64,000 nt of DNA from an uncultured Clostridia bacterium (GCA_934122085.1 CAKOVS010000003.1:17734-81733); one strand, 5' to 3'. Shown: positions 51,644 through 61,411, counted from the first letter of the stretch. Notes: a model not told the origin generated them from the letters alone. Numbers and translations: made by a program.

Positions 51644-53107
51644 TTATTCTTCAATATTATAATAATCTTTTAATTCTTTAAGCTTTATATTAATCCCTTT
51701 TGACACTAATTGTTCTTTTCTCTTTGAAAATAAATATTCAATATCTCTTACTCTATCTTCGTCTTTTGCATGATGCAGCCTTCTGTGGCAATTAGGACAT
51801 AACGCAACAAGGTTAGCAATAACATCTATACTATTTTCGAAATCATTACTGAATTCCATTTGTACAAGATGATGTGCTTCTAAGAAATTTTTATTAGATG
51901 CTTTTGATGTGAAATATTGACATTTATTTCTATCACCTAGTTCGCAAAGATATCCTGATCTTCTTTTAGCAGTTTCCTTTTTTAATGAACTGCTTTTGCA
52001 TTTTTTTATTTCTTCAAATTCGTTTTCTCCTATATCAGTTCTTGGTTCTGGGCCTTCAACCTCTGAAAACGAATTGATTTCATTTTCGCTAATTACATCT
52101 TCTATATTATTTTCTTTACTAATGTTTAACACATTATAATATATATCTTGAAATATATCTCTATTACCATCTATAATACTTCTTACCAAAGCTCTATTAT
52201 AATTTTCTATTTTCTCATAACTCTCTAAAATAATATCTATAAAATTATTAAATGAAACCTCTCCAATATTTCTTAAATTTTCAGAAATATACAATGTTTT
52301 AGCATCATCTATCAACATGTTTTTATCGTAATTTCCTTGATTAGGAATTTTCTGGAATTTTTTAGCTATTATACATTGATTTTCTTTTTCTCCATTGTTC
52401 CAATTAAATCTTATATACGAATATAATTCCATTTTTTCTTCAGCAGAAGCTTTAATATATTCTGGTATAAAATTTATACTATATCCTTTTTTATTATATG
52501 GTTTAAAAAAAGATTCAAAATATACAAAATCATATTTTAATAATTCTTCAAAATCTCTATCTTGGCTTTCAATTATTTTTTTTGCTGTTTCTATAATTAT
52601 ATCTTCTGTTAATCCCTGCTCTATTAAAGTATCGATAATTTCAAAACTTTTATTTATAATGTAATTTACTTTAACATCAAAATATGCATCTAATAAAAGA
52701 ATATATGATAAAATCCATATATCTTTTTCTTTTAAGTCTCTATTATTTAATATTTTTTCTATAAATAATCCTTTAGGATTAGGAAAATATAAATCTTCCT
52801 CATCTACATTTTTTCTGTTAAATATTTTTGCTTGTCTCATTCTAGTTGTATATATTTTATGTTGTTTTTGTTTATATGAACTATTTTTAGGCCATTCGCT
52901 ACTTTTTAATCCTGCAACAGATTTGAATTTTTTATAATCATTAATAAAACTTATATTATATCTAAAATTTGTGTTTCTAAACCAATATACGTTTCCTAAT
53001 GGTTTAATTCCTAGTCCTTTTATTTTTTTTGTAGTTCCACACCTTGAATACAAACTATAAATTTTAGAATCTTCAGACATTTTTTTATAATATTCCAAAA
53101 TAGTCAT
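51644..53107 (-). CDS. HNH nuclease-domain protein (paralog 2)
   Basis: CELGDRNKCQYF...HHLVQMEFSNDFENSIDVIANLVALCPNCHRRLHH; N-terminal region also homologous to paralog 1. Confidence 0.7.
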   Translation of the reverse strand: MTILEYYKKMSEDSKIYSLYSRCGTTKKIKGLGIKPLGNVYWFRNTNFRYNISFINDYKKFKSVAGLKSSEWPKNSSYKQKQHKIYTTRMRQAKIFNRKNVDEEDLYFPNPKGLFIEKILNNRDLKEKDIWILSYILLLDAYFDVKVNYIINKSFEIIDTLIEQGLTEDIIIETAKKIIESQDRDFEELLKYDFVYFESFFKPYNKKGYSINFIPEYIKASAEEKMELYSYIRFNWNNGEKENQCIIAKKFQKIPNQGNYDKNMLIDDAKTLYISENLRNIGEVSFNNFIDIILESYEKIENYNRALVRSIIDGNRDIFQDIYYNVLNISKENNIEDVISENEINSFSEVEGPEPRTDIGENEFEEIKKCKSSSLKKETAKRRSGYLCELGDRNKCQYFTSKASNKNFLEAHHLVQMEFSNDFENSIDVIANLVALCPNCHRRLHHAKDEDRVRDIEYLFSKRKEQLVSKGINIKLKELKDYYNIEE

Positions 53108-53110
53108 AAA

Positions 53111-54130
53111 TTATTCCTCCACCTTACAAACAAATAATCTTTCTTTATGTTTGTCTAAATTTGTTTTTCCTGAATTAAAAAATTTATAATCTGTTTCATA
53201 AACGCTTACTTTTCCCTTTTTTTCAAGTATTTGCATCATATCATTATATGTTATTGAATTTACAGATGATGTACTTTTTGCTTCATATGTGTTATTATAT
53301 GATACAATAATATATTTAGCATTAATATTTTCTATCAAATCTGTGAACACTGTTTTTGCATTTGCCTTACAGTATTCACTCATTATATTTTTTCTTTCCA
53401 TTTTTTTGGCTTTATTATATACTTTTGGTTTTTTCCATTGTGCAACATTTTCTAATAAATGATAAAAATTAGCATATTGTCTAGCATTATATGGCGGATC
53501 TATATACATTACATCTACTTTTATTTTTCTAACTAAACTATTAGCATCTTCATTATAAATATGCGAATTTGAATTATATAATTTAATATTTAAATTACTT
53601 ATTTGTAAGTTCTTATATTCAGGTTCTTTATTTAAAAAACTTTCATAGTGACCCACTGTATTAGATATTCTATCCATTGAATATAATAAACATGATATTA
53701 AAATATAGTATTCTCTATCATTAATTTCTTTATTTAAATATCTATTTTCAATATCTTCCCTAACATATCCAATTTTTTTAGCATCTTTATAATGATAATA
53801 ATTTCCACTAAAGTTATCAGAAAAATAATTATCCTGTATTTTTTCAACATCTATTCTATTATAGTCATCTATAATTTTTATAATTTTTTCTTCCTCATAT
53901 TTTTCGTTACTTAACAATGCTTTATATATAACAAAATTTGAGAACAATAAATCATTAACGTATATTTCTTTGCCTTTATTCAAAAAGTATTCTGCAACAA
54001 CTCCTGTCCCTGAAAACACATCTCCAAAGGTACAGAATCTTATTTTCTCTTTTTTTATGGTATCATCTATAAATTTTAAAAGTTTACTTTTATTTCCTAT
54101 ATATCTTCTATTTTCTATATTTAGTCCCAA
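53111..54130 (-). CDS. Dam-like (D12 class) N6-adenine DNA methyltransferase
   Basis: YIGNKSKLL ... FGDVFSGTGVV (motif I) ... MYIDPPYNA (motif IV). Confidence 0.8.
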   Translation of the reverse strand: MGLNIENRRYIGNKSKLLKFIDDTIKKEKIRFCTFGDVFSGTGVVAEYFLNKGKEIYVNDLLFSNFVIYKALLSNEKYEEEKIIKIIDDYNRIDVEKIQDNYFSDNFSGNYYHYKDAKKIGYVREDIENRYLNKEINDREYYILISCLLYSMDRISNTVGHYESFLNKEPEYKNLQISNLNIKLYNSNSHIYNEDANSLVRKIKVDVMYIDPPYNARQYANFYHLLENVAQWKKPKVYNKAKKMERKNIMSEYCKANAKTVFTDLIENINAKYIIVSYNNTYEAKSTSSVNSITYNDMMQILEKKGKVSVYETDYKFFNSGKTNLDKHKERLFVCKVEE

Positions 54131-54132
54131 CT

Positions 54133-55086
54133 TTATTCCTCCACTTTGTAATTTGTAATTAGTACTTCTTCTTCTAATCCATCTCTATTCTTTTTATTAT
54201 AACTAGCTGATCTATAATGATATTCTATTTCATTTATAAAGTATTTATCTTTATTCTTTTCTAGCCAGTTATATAAAATTTCATTTTTTATATTTAATTT
54301 TTTCTTTTGTAATACATTTGATAAAGCAAATTTTATTCCTTTTTTGTTTAATTTATCTAACAGATTTAATAATTCTCTTTCTTCTTTTTCATTCCATCCT
54401 GCATTTTCATTATATACTGCATCAGTAATAAGGTAAGGAGGATCAGCATATACAAATTCCACTTCTTTTAGGTCTTTAATGTCTATTTTCTTAAAATCTT
54501 TACAGACGAATTCAATTTTCTTTTCTTTACATATATCAATATATTTTTTTAATTTTTCTCTGTTATTCTTATTCATGTCTGTCTTGCCTACTGGTAAATT
54601 AAACTCACCTTTTGAATTAAATCTAATATCATTATTAAAAGCGTAAACCATAAGTAAATATAGATATAAATTTGCCTTATCTGTTTTTTTATCCTTTAGT
54701 TTATTGTAATCATTTTTTAATCGATTATATCCTTCAAAATTATATTTTTTTAATCCATTATTTCCTTCTACATATTGTCTATAATATGAATAACCATATT
54801 TATATGAATTTGATAATCCATACTTTTCAATTAATGTATCTATCTTGTTTATTAAAGTTGAATAATCTTGTTTTTTTAAAAACATAAGTAAATTTATTAC
54901 TTTAGGATTATTATCTATAGCAATAATTTCTTCTGCAATAAGATTTATCGCAACAGTAGCTCCTCCTGTAAATAAGTCAACACATTTATTTACATTTTTA
55001 GGGAAACATTTAATAAACTGTGGTAAAATTCTGTATTTATTTCCTGTGTAATTTATTGGTGATTTACAAACTTGTGCTAAACACAT
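54133..55086 (-). CDS. Dam-like (D12 class) N6-adenine DNA methyltransferase (second)
   Basis: YTGNKYRIL ... VDLFTGGATVAINL ... VYADPPYLIT. Confidence 0.8.
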   Translation of the reverse strand: MCLAQVCKSPINYTGNKYRILPQFIKCFPKNVNKCVDLFTGGATVAINLIAEEIIAIDNNPKVINLLMFLKKQDYSTLINKIDTLIEKYGLSNSYKYGYSYYRQYVEGNNGLKKYNFEGYNRLKNDYNKLKDKKTDKANLYLYLLMVYAFNNDIRFNSKGEFNLPVGKTDMNKNNREKLKKYIDICKEKKIEFVCKDFKKIDIKDLKEVEFVYADPPYLITDAVYNENAGWNEKEERELLNLLDKLNKKGIKFALSNVLQKKKLNIKNEILYNWLEKNKDKYFINEIEYHYRSASYNKKNRDGLEEEVLITNYKVEE

Positions 55087-55087
55087 A

Positions 55088-55315
55088 TTATTTTTTCTCC
55101 TTCTTTTTATTTTCATATTGCATTACATCTTGTATATTGCAATTTAAATATTTGCATATTTTATCTATTACAACCAATGATACTATTTTGTCTGAATTTA
55201 ATTTTGCCATAGTTGCAGAAGATATCTGCAAAATATCTTTTAATTCCCCACATGATAAATCTTTATCAATTAATAATTTTCGTAACGGCTTATAAGATAT
55301 CATTTTGCCCCCCAA
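55088..55315 (-). CDS. XRE-family HTH protein (candidate R-M controller / C-protein)
   Basis: 75 aa, LSCGELKDILQISSATMAKLNSDKIVSLVVIDKICKYLNCNIQDV; immediately upstream of the MTase genes. Confidence 0.6.
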   Translation of the reverse strand: MGGKMISYKPLRKLLIDKDLSCGELKDILQISSATMAKLNSDKIVSLVVIDKICKYLNCNIQDVMQYENKKKEKK

Positions 55316-55483
55316 TCTATATTTAATATCCTAAAGTTTTTATTTATTTTCTTATATTTTTTATTTTAATACTAAATTATTATTTTGTAAAGGCTTATTT
55401 TTATTTAAGATATAAAATATACATACGTAATAAAGGGATTGGGATTTCATCCCATTGAATAGAATTTGAGCAAAGCAGAAATT

Positions 55484-55571
55484 TCGGTCTCCCAATTTCA
55501 GTGCTTGCTGGGACAAGAAATCATTTTTTCGGTCTCCCAAATTCATTGCTTGCTAGGACAAAAAATTGACT
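55484..55571. repeat. Two tandem imperfect ~44-bp direct repeats, each containing a near-palindrome (tcccaa...ttggga-like)
   Basis: tttcggtctcccaatttcagtgcttgctgggacaagaaatca / ttttcggtctcccaaattcattgcttgctaggacaaaaaattga; lies between the replication module and the R-M block. Confidence 0.5.
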
Positions 55572-55637
55572 ATATTGATTTTTTTATGCATCATTTTAGG
55601 TACATTAATTATTCCTTTTAATGTTCTAATAGGACAG

Positions 55638-55676
55638 AAAAAAGTACCTGGATTAGAAAAATCCAGGTACTTTTTA
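55638..55676. terminator. Bidirectional perfect hairpin terminator
   Basis: aaaaagtacctggatt-agaaaa-aatccaggtacttttt. Confidence 0.55.
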
Positions 55677-55678
55677 TT

Positions 55679-55999
55679 TTATAATTCGATTTCTTTTAGC
55701 TTATGATCTCTTCTAGAAAAGTTTAATTGTTTTATTTTATTGTTCATCATTTTGTTGGTTATAATTTTACATGGCACCTCTTTAAGTCCTATAATTTTTG
55801 CAATAGTAAATGTATTTAAACAATTATATAGCATATAATATTCTCCTATTTTAGTAACAAGAAATGGTTTTTTAATTCCATCCCTTTTTATTCTTAGTGA
55901 CCAATTTTCATAAAAATCACTATCTTTTGGTTTAAATTCTTCGTCTCCTATTTTAATTTTTTCTACAGGTATATTTTTTGTTTCTATTCCTTTTATCAT
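55679..55999 (-). CDS. ParB/Srx-like N-terminal domain protein
   Basis: IPVEKIKIGDE...IKKPFLVTKIGEYYMLYNC pattern. Confidence 0.4.
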   Translation of the reverse strand: MIKGIETKNIPVEKIKIGDEEFKPKDSDFYENWSLRIKRDGIKKPFLVTKIGEYYMLYNCLNTFTIAKIIGLKEVPCKIITNKMMNNKIKQLNFSRRDHKLKEIEL

Positions 56000-56090
56000 A
56001 AATTATTCCTCTCTTTCTATTTACTTTTTTTATTTTTTATATTAAAATATATTTAACTTGATGGGGTTAGTATTTTTAAGTTTGCCGACT

Positions 56091-56906
56091 TTATACTAAC
56101 TCTTTTTTCATGTTTTTTAGTTTTATTCCAAAGCACATCTGATACAATTTTGATATTATTGCATCTACTAAATCTGGATCTTTACTATAACTAAATCTTT
56201 CAATTAATCCCTGTTTATTAAACCTTGTTGTTATGATTATTGGTAACCCATTTTCATATCTATTCTGAATTATTGTGTATAATTTTTCTAATGCCCAGTT
56301 ACTTATTTTCTCTGTTCCTAAATCATCAATTATAAGCATATCTGCATTTGAATAAATCTCTATTAATTCATTTTCTGATTTAGTATTGTTCTCATAAGTT
56401 TCTCTTATTCTGTCCAATAGGTTAGTTAATCTCTCCATTAAAACTATTTTATCATTCTCTATTAATTTGTTTGCAATAGCTGCTGCTAAATGTGTTTTAC
56501 CTACATCTGACTTGCCCATTATTATCAGACTATCAGGTTTCATTGTATCTTTATTTTTATTGATATAATCATTTACAACATCTAACACATACTTATTACT
56601 TGAATCAAAATAAAAGTTTTCTAGGTTCATTTCTTGTAATTTTCTGCCTATATAATTTTGTTTGTAGATTGTATTTATAATATTTCTAATTCTATTTCTT
56701 TTTTGCTGTTCGCATTCTTTATTGTCTATTTCTTTCCAATACTCTTTAGATTTACTACAATCACATCTTTCATATTCAATACTATCTTCAGAAATATTTA
56801 CATATAGATAATCAATTCCTATTGGTCGTAATTCTTTACCACAAAATTCACACTTTTTGAATCTATTGTGTATAACTTCATCATAATTTGTACTTTCTGA
56901 ATCCAT
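56091..56906 (-). CDS. DnaC/IstB-like replicative helicase loader ATPase with N-terminal zinc ribbon
   Basis: CEFCGKEL...CDCSKS; Walker A GKSDVGKTHLAAAIA; Walker B LIIDDLG. Confidence 0.75.
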   Translation of the reverse strand: MDSESTNYDEVIHNRFKKCEFCGKELRPIGIDYLYVNISEDSIEYERCDCSKSKEYWKEIDNKECEQQKRNRIRNIINTIYKQNYIGRKLQEMNLENFYFDSSNKYVLDVVNDYINKNKDTMKPDSLIIMGKSDVGKTHLAAAIANKLIENDKIVLMERLTNLLDRIRETYENNTKSENELIEIYSNADMLIIDDLGTEKISNWALEKLYTIIQNRYENGLPIIITTRFNKQGLIERFSYSKDPDLVDAIISKLYQMCFGIKLKNMKKELV

Positions 56907-57405
56907 TGTTTTCCTCCTCTCCTATATTTTCTTCTTTTCTTATTTCTTTTGTTATCTTTTCTTCTTTTTTCTCTTCTGTTGCGTTACGTGACGTTACTGT
57001 AACGTTACTTTTTTCACTTTCATTTTTCAATTTTTCACGATATTTTCTTTGTCTTTCACTATTCTTTGATAGATAATCTTCATGTCTATCAAGGCTTTGA
57101 TACTTGTTCCAGTTTTTTATAACAAATACATTCTCTTCCTTTTTAAGCATTTCTAATTCTAGAAGTTTTTCCAATATTTTGCTCATTTTTTTCGAAGATT
57201 TTCCCATAATTTTCGAAAATTCTTTAATAGAAATAGGATTATTTCCAATTATTAATCTTCCACCATCTCCACATTCTACTGCTAATGATAATAATTGTAT
57301 CCATATTCTAAAATATGTATCTCCATCATTCAGGCTTAGAAGCAATTGGATTTTTCTATTACAGAAAATATTCTTTTCTAGTTTGAACCATTGAATATCA
57401 TACAT
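56881..57405 (-). CDS. Phage replisome organiser N-terminal domain protein (DnaD-like)
   Basis: MYDIQWFKLEKNIFCNRKIQLL matches the M.IQWFKL..NIFDDEKI start of phage replisome-organiser proteins; overlaps the dnaC-like start. Confidence 0.6.
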   Translation of the reverse strand: MYDIQWFKLEKNIFCNRKIQLLLSLNDGDTYFRIWIQLLSLAVECGDGGRLIIGNNPISIKEFSKIMGKSSKKMSKILEKLLELEMLKKEENVFVIKNWNKYQSLDRHEDYLSKNSERQRKYREKLKNESEKSNVTVTSRNATEEKKEEKITKEIRKEENIGEEENNGFRKYKL

Positions 57406-57432
57406 ATCCTCCTTTCCTCTCTTTCTATTTAA

Positions 57433-57633
57433 TTAGTAGTTAACTGATTCTTGTTCTTTAGAACTCAAATATTCATCTAATACTTGTACTCTAAACAAGA
57501 ATTTTCCACCAACTTTTGAGCCTGGTATTTCTTTTCTTCTTACTAATTGATTAATTAACCAGTAAGAAATTCCTAAATACTCTGCTGCTTCTTTCATTGT
57601 TAGTGTTGTCCTTTGTACTTTTTGTAGTTCCAT
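57433..57633 (-). CDS. Excisionase/MerR-family HTH DNA-binding protein
   Basis: LTMKEAAEYLGISYWLINQLVRRKEIPGSKVGGKFLF pattern (HTH_17). Confidence 0.55.
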   Translation of the reverse strand: MELQKVQRTTLTMKEAAEYLGISYWLINQLVRRKEIPGSKVGGKFLFRVQVLDEYLSSKEQESVNY

Positions 57634-57820
57634 ACAAATGCCTCCTTTCATTTATGTATTTGAATTGGCTAGCCATAGTTAACAAGTTTTATGAAGTTTT
57701 TCTTGTTAACTAATTGAATTTTACCACGCAATATGGTAAAATCCTACTAGATTAAGTGAATTCAGTTATCAAAACGAAACTTTTGGTTTTTTTATGATTT
57801 GTTAACAAAGGAGATTTGAT

Positions 57821-58471
57821 ATGGAAAGAAAGAATAAAATCGGTATTTCTTTTGCTTCTTCATGTTTTTCTCAAATATTCATTCATACTTCAGGAGCATA
57901 CTTAAGCAAACCTATCAGCAAAAATAATAATAAGTATTTTGCAAATTTAAGAAATGTTCCTCCTGATGAAAGATTTGGAAAATTAGTTCTAGAACTTGAG
58001 AAAGCTAATTCTGAATCAGAACGAGAAAAAATACTAAGTGAATTAAACGCAATTACTGAAATAGATAAGACAATTGAATCAAAGCCATTAACTTTTAAGG
58101 ATAATATTGAAAAATTAAAGGGTTATATTGTTTTCGAGCCAACTACTGCTGTTGAACATTATGATCTTTCTCTTTTAGATTTCATAAGTTATGATTTTGA
58201 TGTATTTAATGATTATTTATTGTTTTTTATAAATTTCTTTGATTATTTTATAGATAAATTAGATGATAAAGATATTAAGTATATTGAACTAGATACTTTA
58301 TACCCTGTAAAAGAAATAGTAGAATTAGCCCAAAAATATTATGATAAAGAAAAAGATAATTTAATATACTATCAAAATATTTTCAAAAAATGTATTAATT
58401 TTGTTTATGGTATTGATAATTCTTTTGACATGAAATATTTAACTTATAAACAAATATTTTTTTTTGTATAA
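57821..58471 (+). CDS. Hypothetical protein
   Basis: ORF track only. Confidence 0.3.
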   Translation: MERKNKIGISFASSCFSQIFIHTSGAYLSKPISKNNNKYFANLRNVPPDERFGKLVLELEKANSESEREKILSELNAITEIDKTIESKPLTFKDNIEKLKGYIVFEPTTAVEHYDLSLLDFISYDFDVFNDYLLFFINFFDYFIDKLDDKDIKYIELDTLYPVKEIVELAQKYYDKEKDNLIYYQNIFKKCINFVYGIDNSFDMKYLTYKQIFFFV

Positions 58472-59063
58472 TCAAATAAATCCAAATACTTTTTCAGAAT
58501 TTAAACAAGATTTTCATTCAACAGATTTATTAGATTATCAATATAGCAGTTTTCCTATACAAAAAGATCTTATTAAATTTTATGATGTTGATGCTTTAGT
58601 TTCTGCTATCGAAGAAGTAGATCCTACTGGAAGAAAACTTCATAGTCTTCAACAATTTGAAACTACTAATTTATTTACAAGTTTTTATATTACACTATTT
58701 AATGTAGTAGCAATAAATGATAAACTCATTAAAATATGTGGTAATTGTAAAAGATATTTTATAACACACAAAGAAACAGTAACTTATTGTGATAGAATTA
58801 TTGAAGACAAATTAACCTGTAAAGATATTGGAAATAGAGAATATCAAAAAAGGAAATTAGAAAATGACCCTACCTATGATAGATATAGAAAACTTGGAAG
58901 TAAAAAACAACTTAGACGTGATAGAAATCCAGAAATAGAAATATATAAACAAGATCTTGAACAATACAGAAAAATAGGAAAGCAAATGTATAAAGATTTT
59001 TACTCTGGTAAAATAACTCATGAAGAATTTGAGGAATGGGTAAATGAACAAGATAAAAAATAG
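58464..59063 (+). CDS. Hypothetical protein with Cys4 zinc-ribbon
   Basis: CGNCKRY...CDRI...C. Confidence 0.3.
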   Translation: MYNQINPNTFSEFKQDFHSTDLLDYQYSSFPIQKDLIKFYDVDALVSAIEEVDPTGRKLHSLQQFETTNLFTSFYITLFNVVAINDKLIKICGNCKRYFITHKETVTYCDRIIEDKLTCKDIGNREYQKRKLENDPTYDRYRKLGSKKQLRRDRNPEIEIYKQDLEQYRKIGKQMYKDFYSGKITHEEFEEWVNEQDKK

Positions 59064-59082
59064 GAGAAATTTTCTCCTATTT

Positions 59083-60399
59083 TTATTTTATTCTTACTAA
59101 TATTTCCTTGCTTTTGGCTATACACACTCCATTATTTACTACAAAGGCTTGAACCCAGTGAGTTCCCGTATATGATGTACTTTCGTGTCTACCATAGGAA
59201 TAAATATTTGATGTTTCAAATCCACCTCTTAAGCAATTATTTTCTTTTGCTTCTTCTCCAGTATTAACGACTTGCCAAAATATTTTAGTGTTACTTGAAA
59301 ATGCTGCTGCACCTACAACTGTAAAATCAATATTTACACTTTTATCTAATATACTATCTCCTTCTGGATTATAATCTATTAAATAATTATATCTATCATA
59401 GCACTTTACTTTAACATCTACTAATGAAATATTACTTCCTTCATACCAATCTGGCTTTGCTTTATAAGGTACATTAAAAAAACTATTATATTTGTCTTTT
59501 ATTGCTTCTAATAATGAATTGCTTGCCATTTGTTCCTTAGGAAATTCAGTACCAAGTATCTTTCTCCAACTTTCATTAGAACAATTATATTTTTCTAGCA
59601 TGTTTATATGATTTTCTAGTTTATTATAGAAATACTTAAAATCTTCAAACTCATAACAATCTGATAAATTATCTGTTAATATACCTGGATCTGCTATAAA
59701 TGGTTTTGTTCCATTTTCAATATAAGGTCTAAAAGTACTTACTATATTTTTCATGGTATTAAGTACAATGTCCTCATACGTATTATTACAATCATATAAA
59801 TTATCAGCAATAATTTTTTCAAGTGTTATTCCTTTCGGATATTTAATATTTTGGGGACAATTATTTTTTCTCCACCATTTAAAAATTTTTACTATTCTTA
59901 CAAATTTATCATGATTTTCTTGGTTAATTCTCGTACACCATTCTATATGACCTTTAGGATTTGTCCTTTTCCATTTTCCATCGTTCTTGTTTCCTATTTT
60001 ATACATTGAAAAAATCTTATCTTCTATCATTGGCACAACATCTATTTCTGTACCTTCCATTTCTATTCCTATTGATCTACTTTGTTTTTTTACATTATCG
60101 TATTTTTCTTTACAAACTTTGTATAATTCATCTAGTACTTCTTTTGAATCATATTGTTCTGTATAATTGGTTACTACAACAATATCAACATCTGTCTTTC
60201 CATCATATTTAGTTGGTCTAATACATGTATGCTTTGCATATGAACCAGTTAAAAATGTCTCTATTACTTTTTCTTTATATACATCATGAGATTCCAGAAA
60301 ACCTCTTAAATTTGTTTGTATACTCGAAACATATTTCTTGGTTGTTGGAGATGGTTCAATATTATGTAGAAACTCTTCAAAATCTTTTTCTTTACTCAT
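59083..60399 (-). CDS. Pol-beta-superfamily nucleotidyltransferase (SMODS/CD-NTase-like)
   Basis: GS...DVD pattern: TFLTGSYAKHTCIRPTKYDGKTDVDIVVV, then a third acidic residue (EIDVVPM); 438 aa. Confidence 0.5.
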   Translation of the reverse strand: MSKEKDFEEFLHNIEPSPTTKKYVSSIQTNLRGFLESHDVYKEKVIETFLTGSYAKHTCIRPTKYDGKTDVDIVVVTNYTEQYDSKEVLDELYKVCKEKYDNVKKQSRSIGIEMEGTEIDVVPMIEDKIFSMYKIGNKNDGKWKRTNPKGHIEWCTRINQENHDKFVRIVKIFKWWRKNNCPQNIKYPKGITLEKIIADNLYDCNNTYEDIVLNTMKNIVSTFRPYIENGTKPFIADPGILTDNLSDCYEFEDFKYFYNKLENHINMLEKYNCSNESWRKILGTEFPKEQMASNSLLEAIKDKYNSFFNVPYKAKPDWYEGSNISLVDVKVKCYDRYNYLIDYNPEGDSILDKSVNIDFTVVGAAAFSSNTKIFWQVVNTGEEAKENNCLRGGFETSNIYSYGRHESTSYTGTHWVQAFVVNNGVCIAKSKEILVRIK

Positions 60400-61147
60400 C
60401 TGTTCTAAAATCCTCCTCCGTATTAAAATTAAATGAATTTAATGCATTTGCATATTTTCTAATATCAATTGCAGCTACTGTTCCAATTTCATGTAATTCA
60501 TTATTAAGATTAAAGAATAACCCTAATATCGATTCATCTGCACTTGTTTTTTCAAATTCTATACTACCATCTTTCTTTTTTATACTAGTAAATGAATAAC
60601 CATTAATTGCACATCCCAAGTCGATATTCCTATTGTTTTTTAAATGATTAATAATTGTTTCATCATTTGCTATATCCATATTAGTAGCCAATATGATTCC
60701 TAATATATGTGTTAAATTTCTTCCTGCTGTTCTTCTTCCTGCACATGTCATACCTCTTGATGATCTTTTTAACTCTTTTACAGACTGAATTTTTTCATTA
60801 GCATATTCTATATTTCCTTTATCGATATTAGGTTTAACTTCAACAATAGCATAAATTGCTTCAGCTGGAATGAATTTTTCTCCTGTATTACTAACTAATA
60901 CAAAAGGTGAGTATAAAGCATCATAAATAATCAAATCAATTTGTTCACTTACATTTCCTTCATAGTCAATTACATATCCTTTATCCACTCCATATTTTCC
61001 TGGTAGTATTTCTTTAAGAAATTTTTTCCAACTTTCTTCAGAATTATCACCATTTCCTGTAGGATGTGGTATTGTTCCACTTTCTCCTAAAAATGCTGCT
61101 AATGTATTTTGCTTTGCAGCTAATAAATTATATAATTGATTTTTCAT
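60392..61147 (-). CDS. PD-(D/E)xK (restriction-endonuclease-fold) protein, candidate effector
   Basis: EQIDLIIYD ... AIYAIVEVK (D...E-x-K spacing about 27 aa); 251 aa; overlaps the NTase start by 8 nt. Confidence 0.4.
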   Translation of the reverse strand: MKNQLYNLLAAKQNTLAAFLGESGTIPHPTGNGDNSEESWKKFLKEILPGKYGVDKGYVIDYEGNVSEQIDLIIYDALYSPFVLVSNTGEKFIPAEAIYAIVEVKPNIDKGNIEYANEKIQSVKELKRSSRGMTCAGRRTAGRNLTHILGIILATNMDIANDETIINHLKNNRNIDLGCAINGYSFTSIKKKDGSIEFEKTSADESILGLFFNLNNELHEIGTVAAIDIRKYANALNSFNFNTEEDFRTDE

Positions 61148-61411
61148 CTTCTTTCCTCCTATAATAAAAAATAGTCTTAATTCCTTAAGACCATCTTATT
61201 CTAGTTGTTTCATTATAATATAACAGAACATATTGGTCCTCCTTTCCAGAACCAGACAAATGTTTCGTATTTACAAATGCAACAAATTGTATTATAATAT
61301 AAATGTATGTATGATCTGGGGAGATTAATATATACACTTATATTGGACCAACATTCGCTTGGTTCTTTTTTTTATTTAAGTTTGTTTTACGACTAACTCA
61401 TAAAAGTCAAT

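Noticed and set aside
55361-55546. 61-aa minus-strand ORF
   Set aside because: Overlaps tandem repeats and hairpins, no RBS, low-complexity product; more likely noncoding origin/operator DNA.
61148-61411. Tiny ORF after a strong GGAAAGGAGG on the minus strand in the ATPase/nuclease spacer
   Set aside because: Only about 11 codons with no features; the SD-like sequence may simply be part of the promoter/5-prime UTR of the downstream nuclease gene.
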